Positions 46,407 to 57,028 of a DNA stretch of 64,000 nt are shown here, piece after piece (positions within the stretch are counted from its first letter, which is position 1; the number at the start of each line of letters is the position of its first letter). The translations under genes and the position numbers were made by a program. Below the pieces are notes generated by a model, which ran no database searches, had not been told where the DNA came from, and saw nothing but the letters and a program-made list of their open reading frames with translations. Origin of the DNA: Schizochytrium sp. TIO01 (lineage: Eukaryota > Protista > Bigyra: Labyrinthulomycetes). The stretch is from NCBI GenBank assembly GCA_004764695.1, contig SMSO01000006.1:1565859-1629858 (forward strand), given 5' to 3'.

Positions 46407-47816
46407 GCGAAATTGTAATATGCGGGAAACAAGGATTCGGTCTCCCCACCAAAGCCCAAAAAATCAATCAGCGCCGGCTCCTGCAATTCCTCCAATCAAG
46501 GCCTCATCGCAGAACTGCCGCCAAACCGCCACAGCTCCAAACGAGCAGCAGCTCTACGCACTTATGCACCCGCTCCCTCCTGACCTTTCGTTGTCCAAGT
46601 AGAGCAGAAGATCTCAAGTTCTCAACAACGGCGCCAACGACGAATATGTACAACCGCCAAGGAAAGATTTCGCAACCCTAATTTTCCTTTTAAAAATCCC
46701 TATAGGACCCCCCAAGGCCTACAAGCGCCCCCTATTAATGAGGTGTCGCTGATGGGAGGGGGGTATAGATGGATTATATTCCAGTTGGTGTGCAACCGCT
46801 TTGCCTGGGTCCTAGTGCTCGATATGTGGATCCTAGAAGAGATGCAACAGCAGTTTTGGGAGAGCTTTAATGACGTATATATGTGAAACAGTAGTAGTAA
46901 GTACGAAAGTGACTAATTTTTTCTTGGAATATTGAACGAACTATTGAGAATAAGGAAACTCATTACTTTATGGTAAAGTCATTTTTGGTCAGTATACGCT
47001 GTTGTTTAACTGACTTGTGCGTGGCAGCGCAAGTGGAGTATAGCAAATTGCAAGTGTAGAATAGTGGTCTGCAACGAAAAGCTAAAGCTGTCAGTCAATT
47101 AGGAGCGCGACCTCAAATTCTCTTCGCTGGCCATAGGCGTGGTACTTGATAGTTAGAGGTGGCAAAACCCGATCACCTGGAGCTCAGACAGGCCAGTGGA
47201 GCTGTGGACTGCCTTGCGGCTGCATTCTGCTATTAGCTCGCGGCTTTCGACGGTGCGCGGCCGAGGATCAATTAACCTAACTGTCAGGTCAGACGAGAAC
47301 TGGTGAGTCAAAGAAGAAACCACCACTGTGCTCTTGCCTTCTTTGCCACTCTGTACATCGAAAACGCTCATATTACGCCCTCCCTCCGGTGTAGTCTTGA
47401 GCTGCGGAGCTAAGAGCGCCGGCGCATTGAGTGATTGTGCCTCTGTGGAAACTGACGGCATCAAATCAATCGCCTTGTGAAGTTCGGATAAGGCGAAAGC
47501 TATCTATCTCCTCTATAAAGATAGGCTCAGAAAACATTTGCGTAGACTAGGTTGTGCTGCATCACGCTTAATTAATTGCATTGCGTCCGTTATTGTACAT
47601 TCATTTGCGGAGCGTAATACTTTGATCCAGCTGACCCCGGTGATTCCGGGTTTCGGCTCTGAGGTGCGTGAGGCTTGCAGCTGTGCGAGGTATCGCTCTC
47701 TATTCAACATAAGTTCTGTGGTCCCGTGAACATCTTTGGAGGGTTTTAGACCTCTGGAGGCGCTGACATAGACTTGGAACTTTCGAAATATACTAAGATT
47801 GGTGACGGTCTCCATA

Positions 47817-50800
47817 ATGAACGATACTCCTAAAATGAGTCCCAAAAGGACGATCGCGACGCCTGGCTCACATTTGCCTCCTCCGACTCTAAGAAATGGG
47901 GGGGGCTCAATTGAAAGCCCGCTGAAAAATCTTGATGAGAATGCCTCCCCAAATGCAAGAAAGCTTCAGGAAGCTCAGAGACAAAACAGTGGTGAAGGCA
48001 AAGCCTCGCAGGCCCGCAACAAAAATAAGACCTCAAGGAAATCTTTATTGCCGAAACCTGGCACAAAGGAGGCCCAACCTCAGGTGCCCATGTCCGCTGA
48101 CAGCAAAGCTGTTTGTTTGAAGGAGTCTGGAAAAGATTCACGCCGCCGATCCTTTATTCCCACGTACAAAGGCACACCTGAATCTTCAACGAAACGAGAC
48201 CAGACAGCAGCATCGTCGCAACTTCGCGACATTACTTCCGCCAAAGACTCAACTCGTCAACTGTATACTCCGTCGCCTCTACAACACTCGCAACAGCCGC
48301 AACAGCTGTCTGGTCTTCGCCAACCCGGTTCTCACAATTTAGCTCGCAAGAGTCAACTTTTCAACCAAAGCAACTTTTCTTCTGACGGTCTACAAACCCC
48401 TGCAGCCTCGACTAGACGGACACGGGAATCTTCAACTCTTTCGAAAGCTTCGAAGTTCGCAACACCACATCGGAAGAATCCTGCTGTGGACACAAATTCT
48501 ACTACCACGCCGATGGGCAGTCAAGCTACCTCACCAAATGGCGGTGCCTCAGGATTGACACCAGCCCAAAAACATGCGTACAGCAGTCGTCTGGATGAGC
48601 TCACGCGTCCGGGCAGTAGTCGTCTGGGTCAGCTCACGCGTTGGAAACTTGAAAAGGAGCTCGATAAATTATCCCCTCAACTTGGACAGAATCTCGGCGT
48701 TGTTAACACTGTGGACCGCTGCTCAAGGATGGGCATGAGCATTCGACAGGGTCTCCCACAAGCTCGAATGCAGTATGACGAGGAACAGAAACGTGAGAGG
48801 CTGCACAACATTGCAAATTCTATAATCAACGATGTCATCGATCGGGCTGTGACTTTGTCTTTTCGTACTCGACTCGCAGAACGCAAACGCGTTGCAGCTG
48901 ATCAAGCTGACGAACTTATAGAGGCCTACCTTGATGAGGCAGTTGAGGAGGCTGTTCACCAAGCCTACGAGCGACTAATTGCTGAAGAGAAGGCGGAGCT
49001 TGCGCACGCGGAAGCCAAGATTAACGAGGAGCGTCAGCGCAAGTTCTCTGAAGAGATTGGTGTACAAATGGATTCTTCTGAGCTCGAGGAACAGCCTGAA
49101 GTAGATAACGATGACAGCTGTGAAGGGGAGGAAGAAGAAGAGGCCAAAGAAGCACGAGACCTTACTCCAGGACCGTCTACGCCTGTCTCTAAGAGGCCGG
49201 TATCTTCCACATCTCTCGGATCCCCCGCATCTGTGTCTGGGCAAGCTGGGACCCCCTGGCAAGAAAACAGTATGGCAATGGAGACACCTGCTCGCCTACC
49301 TCGAGAGCTGGTAGAGGTCCCAGAAACACCGCATTTAGTCTCACAGGTCTTTGCTGAAAAGTCTGGCGACCGTACAGAGAATTCCTCCCCAATGTCCACT
49401 GCTGCTTTGGCAGGTACGCCTCATCACAAACAAGCATTAGCCATGACTCCGATGCAGCCAGCTCGTGAATTCTTAGAAACCCAAGAGATCCCCGAGACTC
49501 CCCAGTTGGTCTCAGATGTTTTTGCACAGAAAACATCAGACGGAGACGATACTGTTAACAAAACACTTGACTTTGGATCACCTTCGTCTGTGGCTGCGAC
49601 AAAGGGAACCCCCGCCCCCAAGCAAATGAGTTCTGCTTTACCTCAGTCCCCTGACACCTATTCTCCAGCTCTTCAAAGCCGTGATGGTACTGACAGCCCT
49701 GGTTCAACATTGTCAACGTCAACTAATGTTGAAGGCCGCAGCCCGGGCGTAAGCTCCACCACTGTAGCCACACCTTACTCAGATCATGGTTTCGTGGAAT
49801 CTGAACTTGACAACGCGATCAAATTTGCTGAGTCCTTTTTGAAAATGCCCTTCACTGCTCGTCGCACTGGTCTTGTTTCAGCCGGTGCCTTTTCTACTCC
49901 GGCTGGATTCACAGCAGGACCTATTCCTTCCACAACGGGTGGTCTCAACGCAAATCTTCGCACCCGGAGAAATGATGATGTTTTCACTGGATCACCGAAG
50001 AGTAGCATTCGCTTCCTGTCCGCTTATGCTGATGGCACGCCCGGTGTACCATCAACTAATAGTACCTCAAACAAGGATGCCGTTTCTCCTCCTTTGCCGC
50101 CACTTCCTGTGAACCTCGCTGTTCAGAGCAAGGAGGCTGTGCGCACATCTGCTTTCGAAGAGGCTCTCAACAACATCGAACATGATGACGCGCAAACCAC
50201 GCGCACAGCCGAGGCTGCTGCTGAAGCTGCAACATTGAAGCAAACTTCCTCGGAACGTCGGAGCGCTTTATGGATTGTTGCATTTTGCCTTTTTTCTTTG
50301 AGCGTTGTCATCTCTTACTCTGTGCCTGTGCAGAGGCAATATGAGCATGCTCGGCGGCTGTCTGTATTTATGGGCATTTGTACTGACTCGCTAGAGTCCA
50401 TGGAGATGGAAGAGGGTTCTGTAAGCACTTTGCCTATTTCTTGCGATGCCCTCTTTCCGCAATCGGCGGAGTCTCAACTGAATGACGACTTCGGGCATTC
50501 ACAATTTGATGATTCTCTTGAGCAAAAGGCCATGCCCAAGCAGCGCTCTGGAAAAGCAAAAAGCACGAGTCAAGACAGAAAACCTGAGTCTGCTGAGCGT
50601 AAGGCAAAGAAGAAGGCCAGGCGCGAGGCCAAATTGAAAGCTGAACGGGAAGCCTCTGAGCTTGAGGCGAAGTTGAAGGCCGAGCGTGAAGGAGTCGAAC
50701 TTGAGGCAAAATTGAAGGCCGAGCGTGAAGCAGCTGAGTTCGAGGCGAAGATGAAGGCTGAGCGTGAAGCAGCTGAGCTCAAGGCGAAGATGAAGGCTGA

Positions 50801-52334
50801 GCGTGAAGCAGCTGAGCTCGAGGCAAAGATGAAGGCCGAACGTGAAGCAGCTGAGCTTGAGGCTAAGATGAAGGCCGAACGTGAAGCAGCTGAGCTTGAG
50901 GCGAAGATGAAGGCTGAGCGTGAAGCAGCTGAGCGTGAAGCAGCTGAGCTCGAGGCGAAGATGAAGGCTGAGCGTGAAGCAGCTGAGCTCGAGGCGAAGA
51001 TGAAGGCTGAGCGTGAAGCAGCTGAGCTCGAGGCGAAGATGAAGGCTGAGCGTGAAGCAGCTGAGCTCGAGGCAAAGATGAAGGCCGAGCGTGAAGCAGC
51101 TGAGCTTGAGGCGAAGATGAAGGCCGAGCGTGAAGCAGCTGAGCTTGAGGCGAAGATGAAGGCTGAGCGTGAAGCAGCTGAGCTCGAGGCGAAGATGAAG
51201 GCTGAGCGCGAAGCAGCTGAGCTCGAGGCGAAGATGAAGGCTGAGCGTGAAGCAGCTGAGCTCGAGGCAAAGATGAAGACCGAGCGTGAAGCAGCTGAGC
51301 TCGAGGCAAAGATGAAGGCCGAGCGTGAAGCAGCTGAGCTTGAGGCGAAGATGAAGGCTGAGCGTGAAGCAGCTGAGCTTGAGGCGAAGATGAAGGCTGA
51401 GCGTGAAGCAGCTGAGCGTGAGGCGAAGATGAAGGCTGAGCGTGAAGCAGCTGAGCTCGAGGCGAAGATGAAGGCTGAGCGTGAAGCAGCTGAGCTCGAG
51501 GCAAAGATGAAGGCCGAGCGTGAAGCAGCTGAGCTTGAGGCGAAGATGAAGGCCGAGCGTGAAGCAGCTGAGCTCGAGGCGAAGATGAAGGCTGAGCGCG
51601 AAGCATCCGAACTTGATGTTTCTTCAATGGAGCCCCAATACACTGAGTATGTTGACGACGAGTCAGAACTCCTGATTGATATGTTAGACTCAGCGGGGCA
51701 ATTTGCAGCTTGGGTTTTCTATGTTAGTTTTGTCAAGTTCCAGCTTCACATTGTGTTTGCAGTGGGATCTGCTGTTGCTCTTGTTGGGAAGGGTCACTTT
51801 GGCCCAATTTTTGGGCCTTTGGGAAATCTGGTTTCTCAACTGAAATGGCAACTAAAGCACGGTGGTGCCGTCACAAACAGTGATGAAATTATAGTGACGG
51901 ATTATGATGATGACTATGTAGACACCTATGTGGATGAGTATGACAACGAAGAGGTGTATGGGTCTGCTGTTACTTCTGCTGGAAGTGCTCTAGGGGGGCA
52001 GCGATTTGTGAATGGTTACGGTGTGGATAATGAAGACGATGCCATGAGCGCGGACTCCGAGCAAGATCAGGAAGAATACGTGGACCAACAGGAGCTCGCC
52101 GAGGAGCGACGTTACGGTGGTGATGCAACAAGCCCACGGTCAAACTCTTCGTATGGCAAGGGTGGGCTTTATCGTGCGGTTGAATTTGTCCCGGTTCGTG
52201 GGACACCCATGGTGCAGATGCGGCATGTCCGTCGTTCCAGGCGTAATGCTGACAAACAAACCTTGCCTGACACTCCGATGCAGTTCCCAGCTGGATACCT
52301 GAAGCGATCGGGATCTTTTACGAGCCACCGTTGA
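47817..52334 (+). CDS. Large two-TM protein: S/T-P-rich disordered N-terminus, coiled coil, TM, long E/A/K tandem-repeat helix, TM region, acidic tail
   Basis: ATG at 47817. Hydrophobic segments ALWIVAFCLFSLSVVISYSV (~50265) and FAAWVFYVSFVKFQLHIVFAVGSAVALVG (~51700-51790) flank the repeat. Many TP/SP dipeptides. Confidence 0.8.
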   Translation: MNDTPKMSPKRTIATPGSHLPPPTLRNGGGSIESPLKNLDENASPNARKLQEAQRQNSGEGKASQARNKNKTSRKSLLPKPGTKEAQPQVPMSADSKAVCLKESGKDSRRRSFIPTYKGTPESSTKRDQTAASSQLRDITSAKDSTRQLYTPSPLQHSQQPQQLSGLRQPGSHNLARKSQLFNQSNFSSDGLQTPAASTRRTRESSTLSKASKFATPHRKNPAVDTNSTTTPMGSQATSPNGGASGLTPAQKHAYSSRLDELTRPGSSRLGQLTRWKLEKELDKLSPQLGQNLGVVNTVDRCSRMGMSIRQGLPQARMQYDEEQKRERLHNIANSIINDVIDRAVTLSFRTRLAERKRVAADQADELIEAYLDEAVEEAVHQAYERLIAEEKAELAHAEAKINEERQRKFSEEIGVQMDSSELEEQPEVDNDDSCEGEEEEEAKEARDLTPGPSTPVSKRPVSSTSLGSPASVSGQAGTPWQENSMAMETPARLPRELVEVPETPHLVSQVFAEKSGDRTENSSPMSTAALAGTPHHKQALAMTPMQPAREFLETQEIPETPQLVSDVFAQKTSDGDDTVNKTLDFGSPSSVAATKGTPAPKQMSSALPQSPDTYSPALQSRDGTDSPGSTLSTSTNVEGRSPGVSSTTVATPYSDHGFVESELDNAIKFAESFLKMPFTARRTGLVSAGAFSTPAGFTAGPIPSTTGGLNANLRTRRNDDVFTGSPKSSIRFLSAYADGTPGVPSTNSTSNKDAVSPPLPPLPVNLAVQSKEAVRTSAFEEALNNIEHDDAQTTRTAEAAAEAATLKQTSSERRSALWIVAFCLFSLSVVISYSVPVQRQYEHARRLSVFMGICTDSLESMEMEEGSVSTLPISCDALFPQSAESQLNDDFGHSQFDDSLEQKAMPKQRSGKAKSTSQDRKPESAERKAKKKARREAKLKAEREASELEAKLKAEREGVELEAKLKAEREAAEFEAKMKAEREAAELKAKMKAEREAAELEAKMKAEREAAELEAKMKAEREAAELEAKMKAEREAAEREAAELEAKMKAEREAAELEAKMKAEREAAELEAKMKAEREAAELEAKMKAEREAAELEAKMKAEREAAELEAKMKAEREAAELEAKMKAEREAAELEAKMKAEREAAELEAKMKTEREAAELEAKMKAEREAAELEAKMKAEREAAELEAKMKAEREAAEREAKMKAEREAAELEAKMKAEREAAELEAKMKAEREAAELEAKMKAEREAAELEAKMKAEREASELDVSSMEPQYTEYVDDESELLIDMLDSAGQFAAWVFYVSFVKFQLHIVFAVGSAVALVGKGHFGPIFGPLGNLVSQLKWQLKHGGAVTNSDEIIVTDYDDDYVDTYVDEYDNEEVYGSAVTSAGSALGGQRFVNGYGVDNEDDAMSADSEQDQEEYVDQQELAEERRYGGDATSPRSNSSYGKGGLYRAVEFVPVRGTPMVQMRHVRRSRRNADKQTLPDTPMQFPAGYLKRSGSFTSHR
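50625..51615 (+). repeat. Coding minisatellite, 39-nt unit (AAELEAKMKAERE), about 25 copies
   Basis: Near-identical GCAGCTGAGCTCGAGGCGAAGATGAAGGCTGAGCGTGAA units, with one 15-nt partial unit near 50925-50940. Confidence 0.95.
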
Positions 52335-52989
52335 TATATATACTCATATAAAAGCACTGTACTTAGCAAATGTGAAGACTACCAGATAACCGTTGTCTAG
52401 GACATCTTTCGACCTTGATCTGGATTTAGTTTCTTCAATTATTGCGTCGAAGTATTCGTCGAAGTCGCCACCATAAGCTGCGCGGGGGGCATTTTCCAAG
52501 AAATCGTCAAAATGGTAATGCTAACTACTGAACCCGTTTCTACTCAATGAATTGCTTGCAATCTCAATTTGTGTGAATATTATCTGCTAGAACATTCAAT
52601 GGTAATGTGGAAGTACGTTTTGAAAGGGACCCAAAGCAACCATTGCTCGTGCAATATGAATTGGCTGCGAGCTTTAAGTTCAATCTTGTTTCATTAAAAA
52701 TCAAGGAATTATTTAGATTTGGATATCCTAAATTTTCTTGTGTGTAATTTTTTGTATTTGCCCAATAAACAATTACAGCTCTAACGTGTTACAATTCGTT
52801 TTTTACGCATTGGATGTTAATTGTGATTGGTATTCTTCCATCCTTGTCATTGCATTGAAGACTAGAATTAGCATAAAAAACTATATCTAAGATCTCCAAA
52901 ATTTTGCTGCTGTTAGATCCTGCAGAAAAACTTGGGGAATTGTTGTTGGAAGCTAGTGTTTGTATACAAAGCTTCTAAAGCCTTGTGCG

Positions 52990-53825
52990 TACCATTTTTG
53001 GATATTGTTATGTGAACTTGTGGGAGATGATGGTCTCGAATATGATAGAATTGATTATGAATTGAAGGAGGCTACTCCAATTGTTTCAACCACCGAAGAA
53101 GAAGAAGGCGCCCAAGATGGGGAAGATATTGAATTGAGACATTATGTTCATCATCATAATAGAACGAAGAACAACTTAAACAAAAGTATGCAAGCAGGAG
53201 TGAAAGAGACTTTGATCTGGAATCTCTTGATTTCGATAAGAAATATGAGTCGAACAAATAAATCACTCCCAATGAAATGGGTAGTGATAAGCAATAGATT
53301 GAAGAGCTCACTGACAATGCTGGCACGGGAGAGACCCCAATTAATGTGTGTGAGTCCGAATGCGACACGTTTGGGGAACTGTTTGATGATCTCAGTTTGC
53401 CCAGATGTAATGACATGATTGGCGAGGAGAGTAATAAAATTCATACAAAGCAAGAGTTGGATGTTCATAAAAACTTGAAAGAAATGTGGCATGCTGAGTG
53501 AGTAATTGGTCAGTGCTGAGAAGAAACGGAAGATGAATCTCTGGAACGCGACTGAGTAGCAGGCAAAGTTGGAATCTGAAGATCCCAATAAAAAAAAACA
53601 ATCACTACTTCTGATGCCGACGTTGATAAATACTTATACGATGATGAAGAGGCTTGCGAGTAATCTGGTGATGATGACATCGAACACGAAAGAGAAAATG
53701 TGACAGTCATTGATGAGGATCAAGTAGACAAAGCAAATATTTAGTTAGATTCGGACAGGTGAATCTCAAAACAACCACTTGAAGACTTGGACGACATTAG
53801 AGGGCAAATATTTCAGTATGGTTGA
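52990..53825 (+). pseudogene. Decayed acidic-protein coding sequence
   Basis: Asp/Glu-rich codon-like reading (NEEQLKQKYASRSERDFDLESLDFDKKYESNK*ITPNEMGSDKQ*IEELTDN...DKYLYDDEEACE*SGDDDIEHERE) interrupted by stops and frameshifts. Confidence 0.35.
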
Positions 53826-54123
53826 AAATCAAGTCGTTTGAGGCGGTTAAAGCAAAACAGGGTAGTTAAGAAATCTTTGATAGATGGTTACGCTCTTTCA
53901 ATCCATGGAATGGTATGAGATGGGAGGGTATGGGAGGACGCTATTATGTACAAAGAAGGATGAGGAGAGTGCTGCGAGATTATACACGCCTTTTGCTAAT
54001 GAGAATATGGCCACGTCAGTCGCCAATAATATCCAGAGTTTCACGTCACAGAAGAAAGTGAAAAGTCATCCATCCAGGGTTAAGGGGCTGTTTGGAGATT
54101 TGCTGTAAAGTTAGCTATGATGA

Positions 54124-54858
54124 TTAAAGATCCAAAACAAGGTCCTCGTCGTCATCATCATCTCCGTCACTAAGACTACTGAGATCATCATCATCGTCAT
54201 GAGACTGAGCGGCATGCTGCACTGTGGAAGAAGGTGTTTTGTCGTCTTCCTCCATGGAGTTAGAGGTTTGCGATAGCATGGTTGCTGATGATGCTTCAGA
54301 AGCGAACGTGCTAGCAGAGCCATCACTACGAACAGTTGAAATGGTGGCCGATGAAGCCGAGGAATCTGTGCTTGGGTGCCTGTTCTTCTTGATTGTGGGA
54401 ACGGAGGACGCGATTTGAGCAAACTTCCGAACATAATCTTTGACCCTTTGAGAGTACTTTTCGTAGTCTTGCATCATGAGAGCGGCCGCTTCGCTATTGA
54501 GAGGGTCACTTGCATTCGGGTAAGAGAGAAGTTGAGGAAGGAACATGTCAAAGATGTTTACCAGTTCATACATGGGGCTCCACGTCTGGTTGATGACATC
54601 GAGGCAAACTGAGCCAGACATCTCATCAACATTAGGATGGAAGAGACGGTTCTTGAAGCCAATTGACGGAGAATGGTACGGGTAGTCTCTGGGCAGGGTA
54701 ACATGAACTTGCCAGAGTCCGCCTTCGTACAGTGAATCCTTCGGCCCATGAAATTCTACAACGAATTCTGATCCATTGCCTTCCATATCTACAACATAAT
54801 CTGACATCATGAGCTTCATGATGTCCATGTCGCGCCGCTTGTGCGGGTTGGTCGTCAT
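54124..54858 (-). CDS. UBE2H: Ubiquitin-conjugating enzyme E2, UBE2H/Ubc8 family, with Ser/Asp-rich tail
   Basis: [50 protein letters not shown] (HPN motif plus catalytic Cys), [19 protein letters not shown] at 54858. Confidence 0.92.
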   Translation of the reverse strand: MTTNPHKRRDMDIMKLMMSDYVVDMEGNGSEFVVEFHGPKDSLYEGGLWQVHVTLPRDYPYHSPSIGFKNRLFHPNVDEMSGSVCLDVINQTWSPMYELVNIFDMFLPQLLSYPNASDPLNSEAAALMMQDYEKYSQRVKDYVRKFAQIASSVPTIKKNRHPSTDSSASSATISTVRSDGSASTFASEASSATMLSQTSNSMEEDDKTPSSTVQHAAQSHDDDDDLSSLSDGDDDDDEDLVLDL

Positions 54859-56267
54859 TCTTCTCTCGAGCACAAGCAGACAAGACGTCTGACTGTCTAC
54901 CTAAGGAACGGAGGTCTCCTCGTAAAGTTCCGCAGGAGGAGGAACACCCAACCAACTATGCCCCAAAACTTAATCACCCAGAGCGTGAGTCGTATACTCT
55001 GCAAGCCCGTAGACTGTAAAGGACCTCAAGCGTCTTGGCGCGAGCCAGGGTGAATCACAATTGCCACACGCTTGTTGAGTGAGTGTTTGCTTTTATTTGA
55101 GAAAAGTAAGGCATATACAGTAAGAAGGTAATAAGGGCCAACCCCGGAAATCCGCTGGAATTCGCTTCCTAAGGCGGATTTCTATCTCCACAAAGCTTCG
55201 CTTCAAGGCTATCACTCAAAGCAGATAGCTAGTTGGCTGCTAGTTCTCTGGATCAAGGGTCGCGCCGCAGTACCTCCAGCGCTAAGAATAACAAGCTCAA
55301 CTCGAGGTTGTTGGTGAGATGGAGAAATCCAGGAAAAGAGAGGTCTTTTCCACAAGTTTTTAGGTCCAAAACTAGAAGAATGCGAGTTCCTCTTTGCTTG
55401 ATGTCCTGCACTGCCAGTCTGAGCAGGCAGTCGGGGGGTTCGGGAAGCTGTTCAAAGCTCAACGAGTGAGAGGAGGTGGCGAGGGTTAGGGCGAAGGCTC
55501 GAGGCAGAGGTGGCGGAGTGCTGCGAAGGGAGCGCTGGAATTGCGGATCTGGCTGGGTCCAGACTCAATCGATTGAATGCCTCTCTTTTTAGCGCCCTTT
55601 GGGGTCCTTTCCACTCACAAAGTAAAACTTTTTATCATCACAATCATGGTCCTTCCTGCTCTATACAACCAGTAGATACTACTACGCAGGCAGCCTACTT
55701 TGAAAAGATAAGAACTTCGAAGAGAAAGTTGTCCTTCGAAATCGATGATTCTTATCATTTCTTATCATCATTCAGTTATTATCGCGGTTATAGTTTTAAG
55801 TTTAATGTTAACAAAAAACAAGGAAAAGAAAAAGAAAAAGAAAAAGAGAAGAAAAAGAAGAAAAGGTTTCTTTCAATCGCCGTATATATTGCGCCTTTCT
55901 AAATTCTTTTAGTTTCCTTTTAGCGTCTGCAGCTTAGCAGCACTACTACCAGTTACGCCTAAGCGCACCATAGAGAACGGCATGGAAACTTTTCTTCATT
56001 GCACAAAAGACTTTTCTCTCTGCCGGTTAGTCGCCGGTAGCCGACTGCTAGAGTAACTTTCCGGGAAGATAGTTGACTAATGATGAGCGATCGATCAGAA
56101 AGAGAAGAAGAACCTCCGGATTCATCTTTTTAATGATTTCCGGTGATTGCTTTCCCAGAATCCCTAAACAGTGCTACTTTAAGCATTGTCTTCGTGGCTT
56201 CAGAGCGACTTTTTCGTCTCTTTTCAAAGTCTTTTCTCTCTTTCCTCGTTCGCTTTGCACATTGAGA

Positions 56268-56286
56268 CTCTCTCTCTCTCTCTCTC
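56268..56286. repeat. (CT)n microsatellite
   Basis: Run of CT dinucleotides in the long intergenic region. Confidence 0.7.
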
Positions 56287-56971
56287 AGACTGCCTCCCAC
56301 ACACTCCCTCACGCAGAACCGCCGCTCTGCGGGAGCAGGCTCCTCTGAGAACCAGCGGAACTCTCCAGTGGTTGCTAGGACGCACGCCACTGACCGCAGC
56401 TGTTGAGAAGATGTATCGAGACAACCCCACAAGAGAGTATCTCTTCAAGATGCTCCTCACAGCTGATCTGCAAAGCCCCTTTCCTTTGTGAGGCTGCACC
56501 ACTGCCTTTTCGCAATGGCAGTTCTAATGTATGGTATGCGCGCCAAAACTTACCTGCACTTGCCTACCTTGCACTTCACTAAAGTGCCTTCTATCTTAAA
56601 ACATAGTTCTTACCCCCAGTGTCACATATAATTTTGAGTCGAGGATATCCTAATTGCCCGCAGTGCCCTCTTCACTCCACTGCACCACATGGCCCCTCTG
56701 TTTGCTGCCCTCCGTGCTTTAAAAGAGCTCAGCAGATAATAATGATGGCGGCCAATTCGAGGAATCGCAGTCGAAGCCGAATCGAAGCTGCCTCAGACGT
56801 GCCTTACGCTGCCTCTTGACACTGCCTGGAGCGCTTCCTTCGGCGCCTCGCCGTCCCTTTTCGCAGACTCTCTCTCCTTTGCCGGGCCGCTGCTTCCCTT
56901 CCGAGCTACAGTAACGCAGTCTTTGGCGATCGGGTTTCGTGCAATTGGCGAACTCGAAGAATCCTTAATTT

Positions 56972-57028
56972 TTTCATTTCATTCATTTTATTCATTTCAT
57001 TCATTTCATTCATTTATTGAATTCATTT
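56972..57028. repeat. Degenerate (TTCA/TTTCA)n low-complexity repeat
   Basis: ttcatttcattcattttattcatttcattcatttcattcatt... Confidence 0.65.

Noticed and set aside
45515-46602. Overlapping ORFs (285 aa and shorter) around the GACTTC microsatellite
   Set aside because: They lack recognisable motifs, mostly have non-ATG starts, and are held open partly by the repeat. A decayed or spliced gene cannot be excluded but is unsupported.
50570-51643. 357-aa and 254-aa minus-strand ORFs
   Set aside because: They are antisense shadows of the 39-nt coding repeat.
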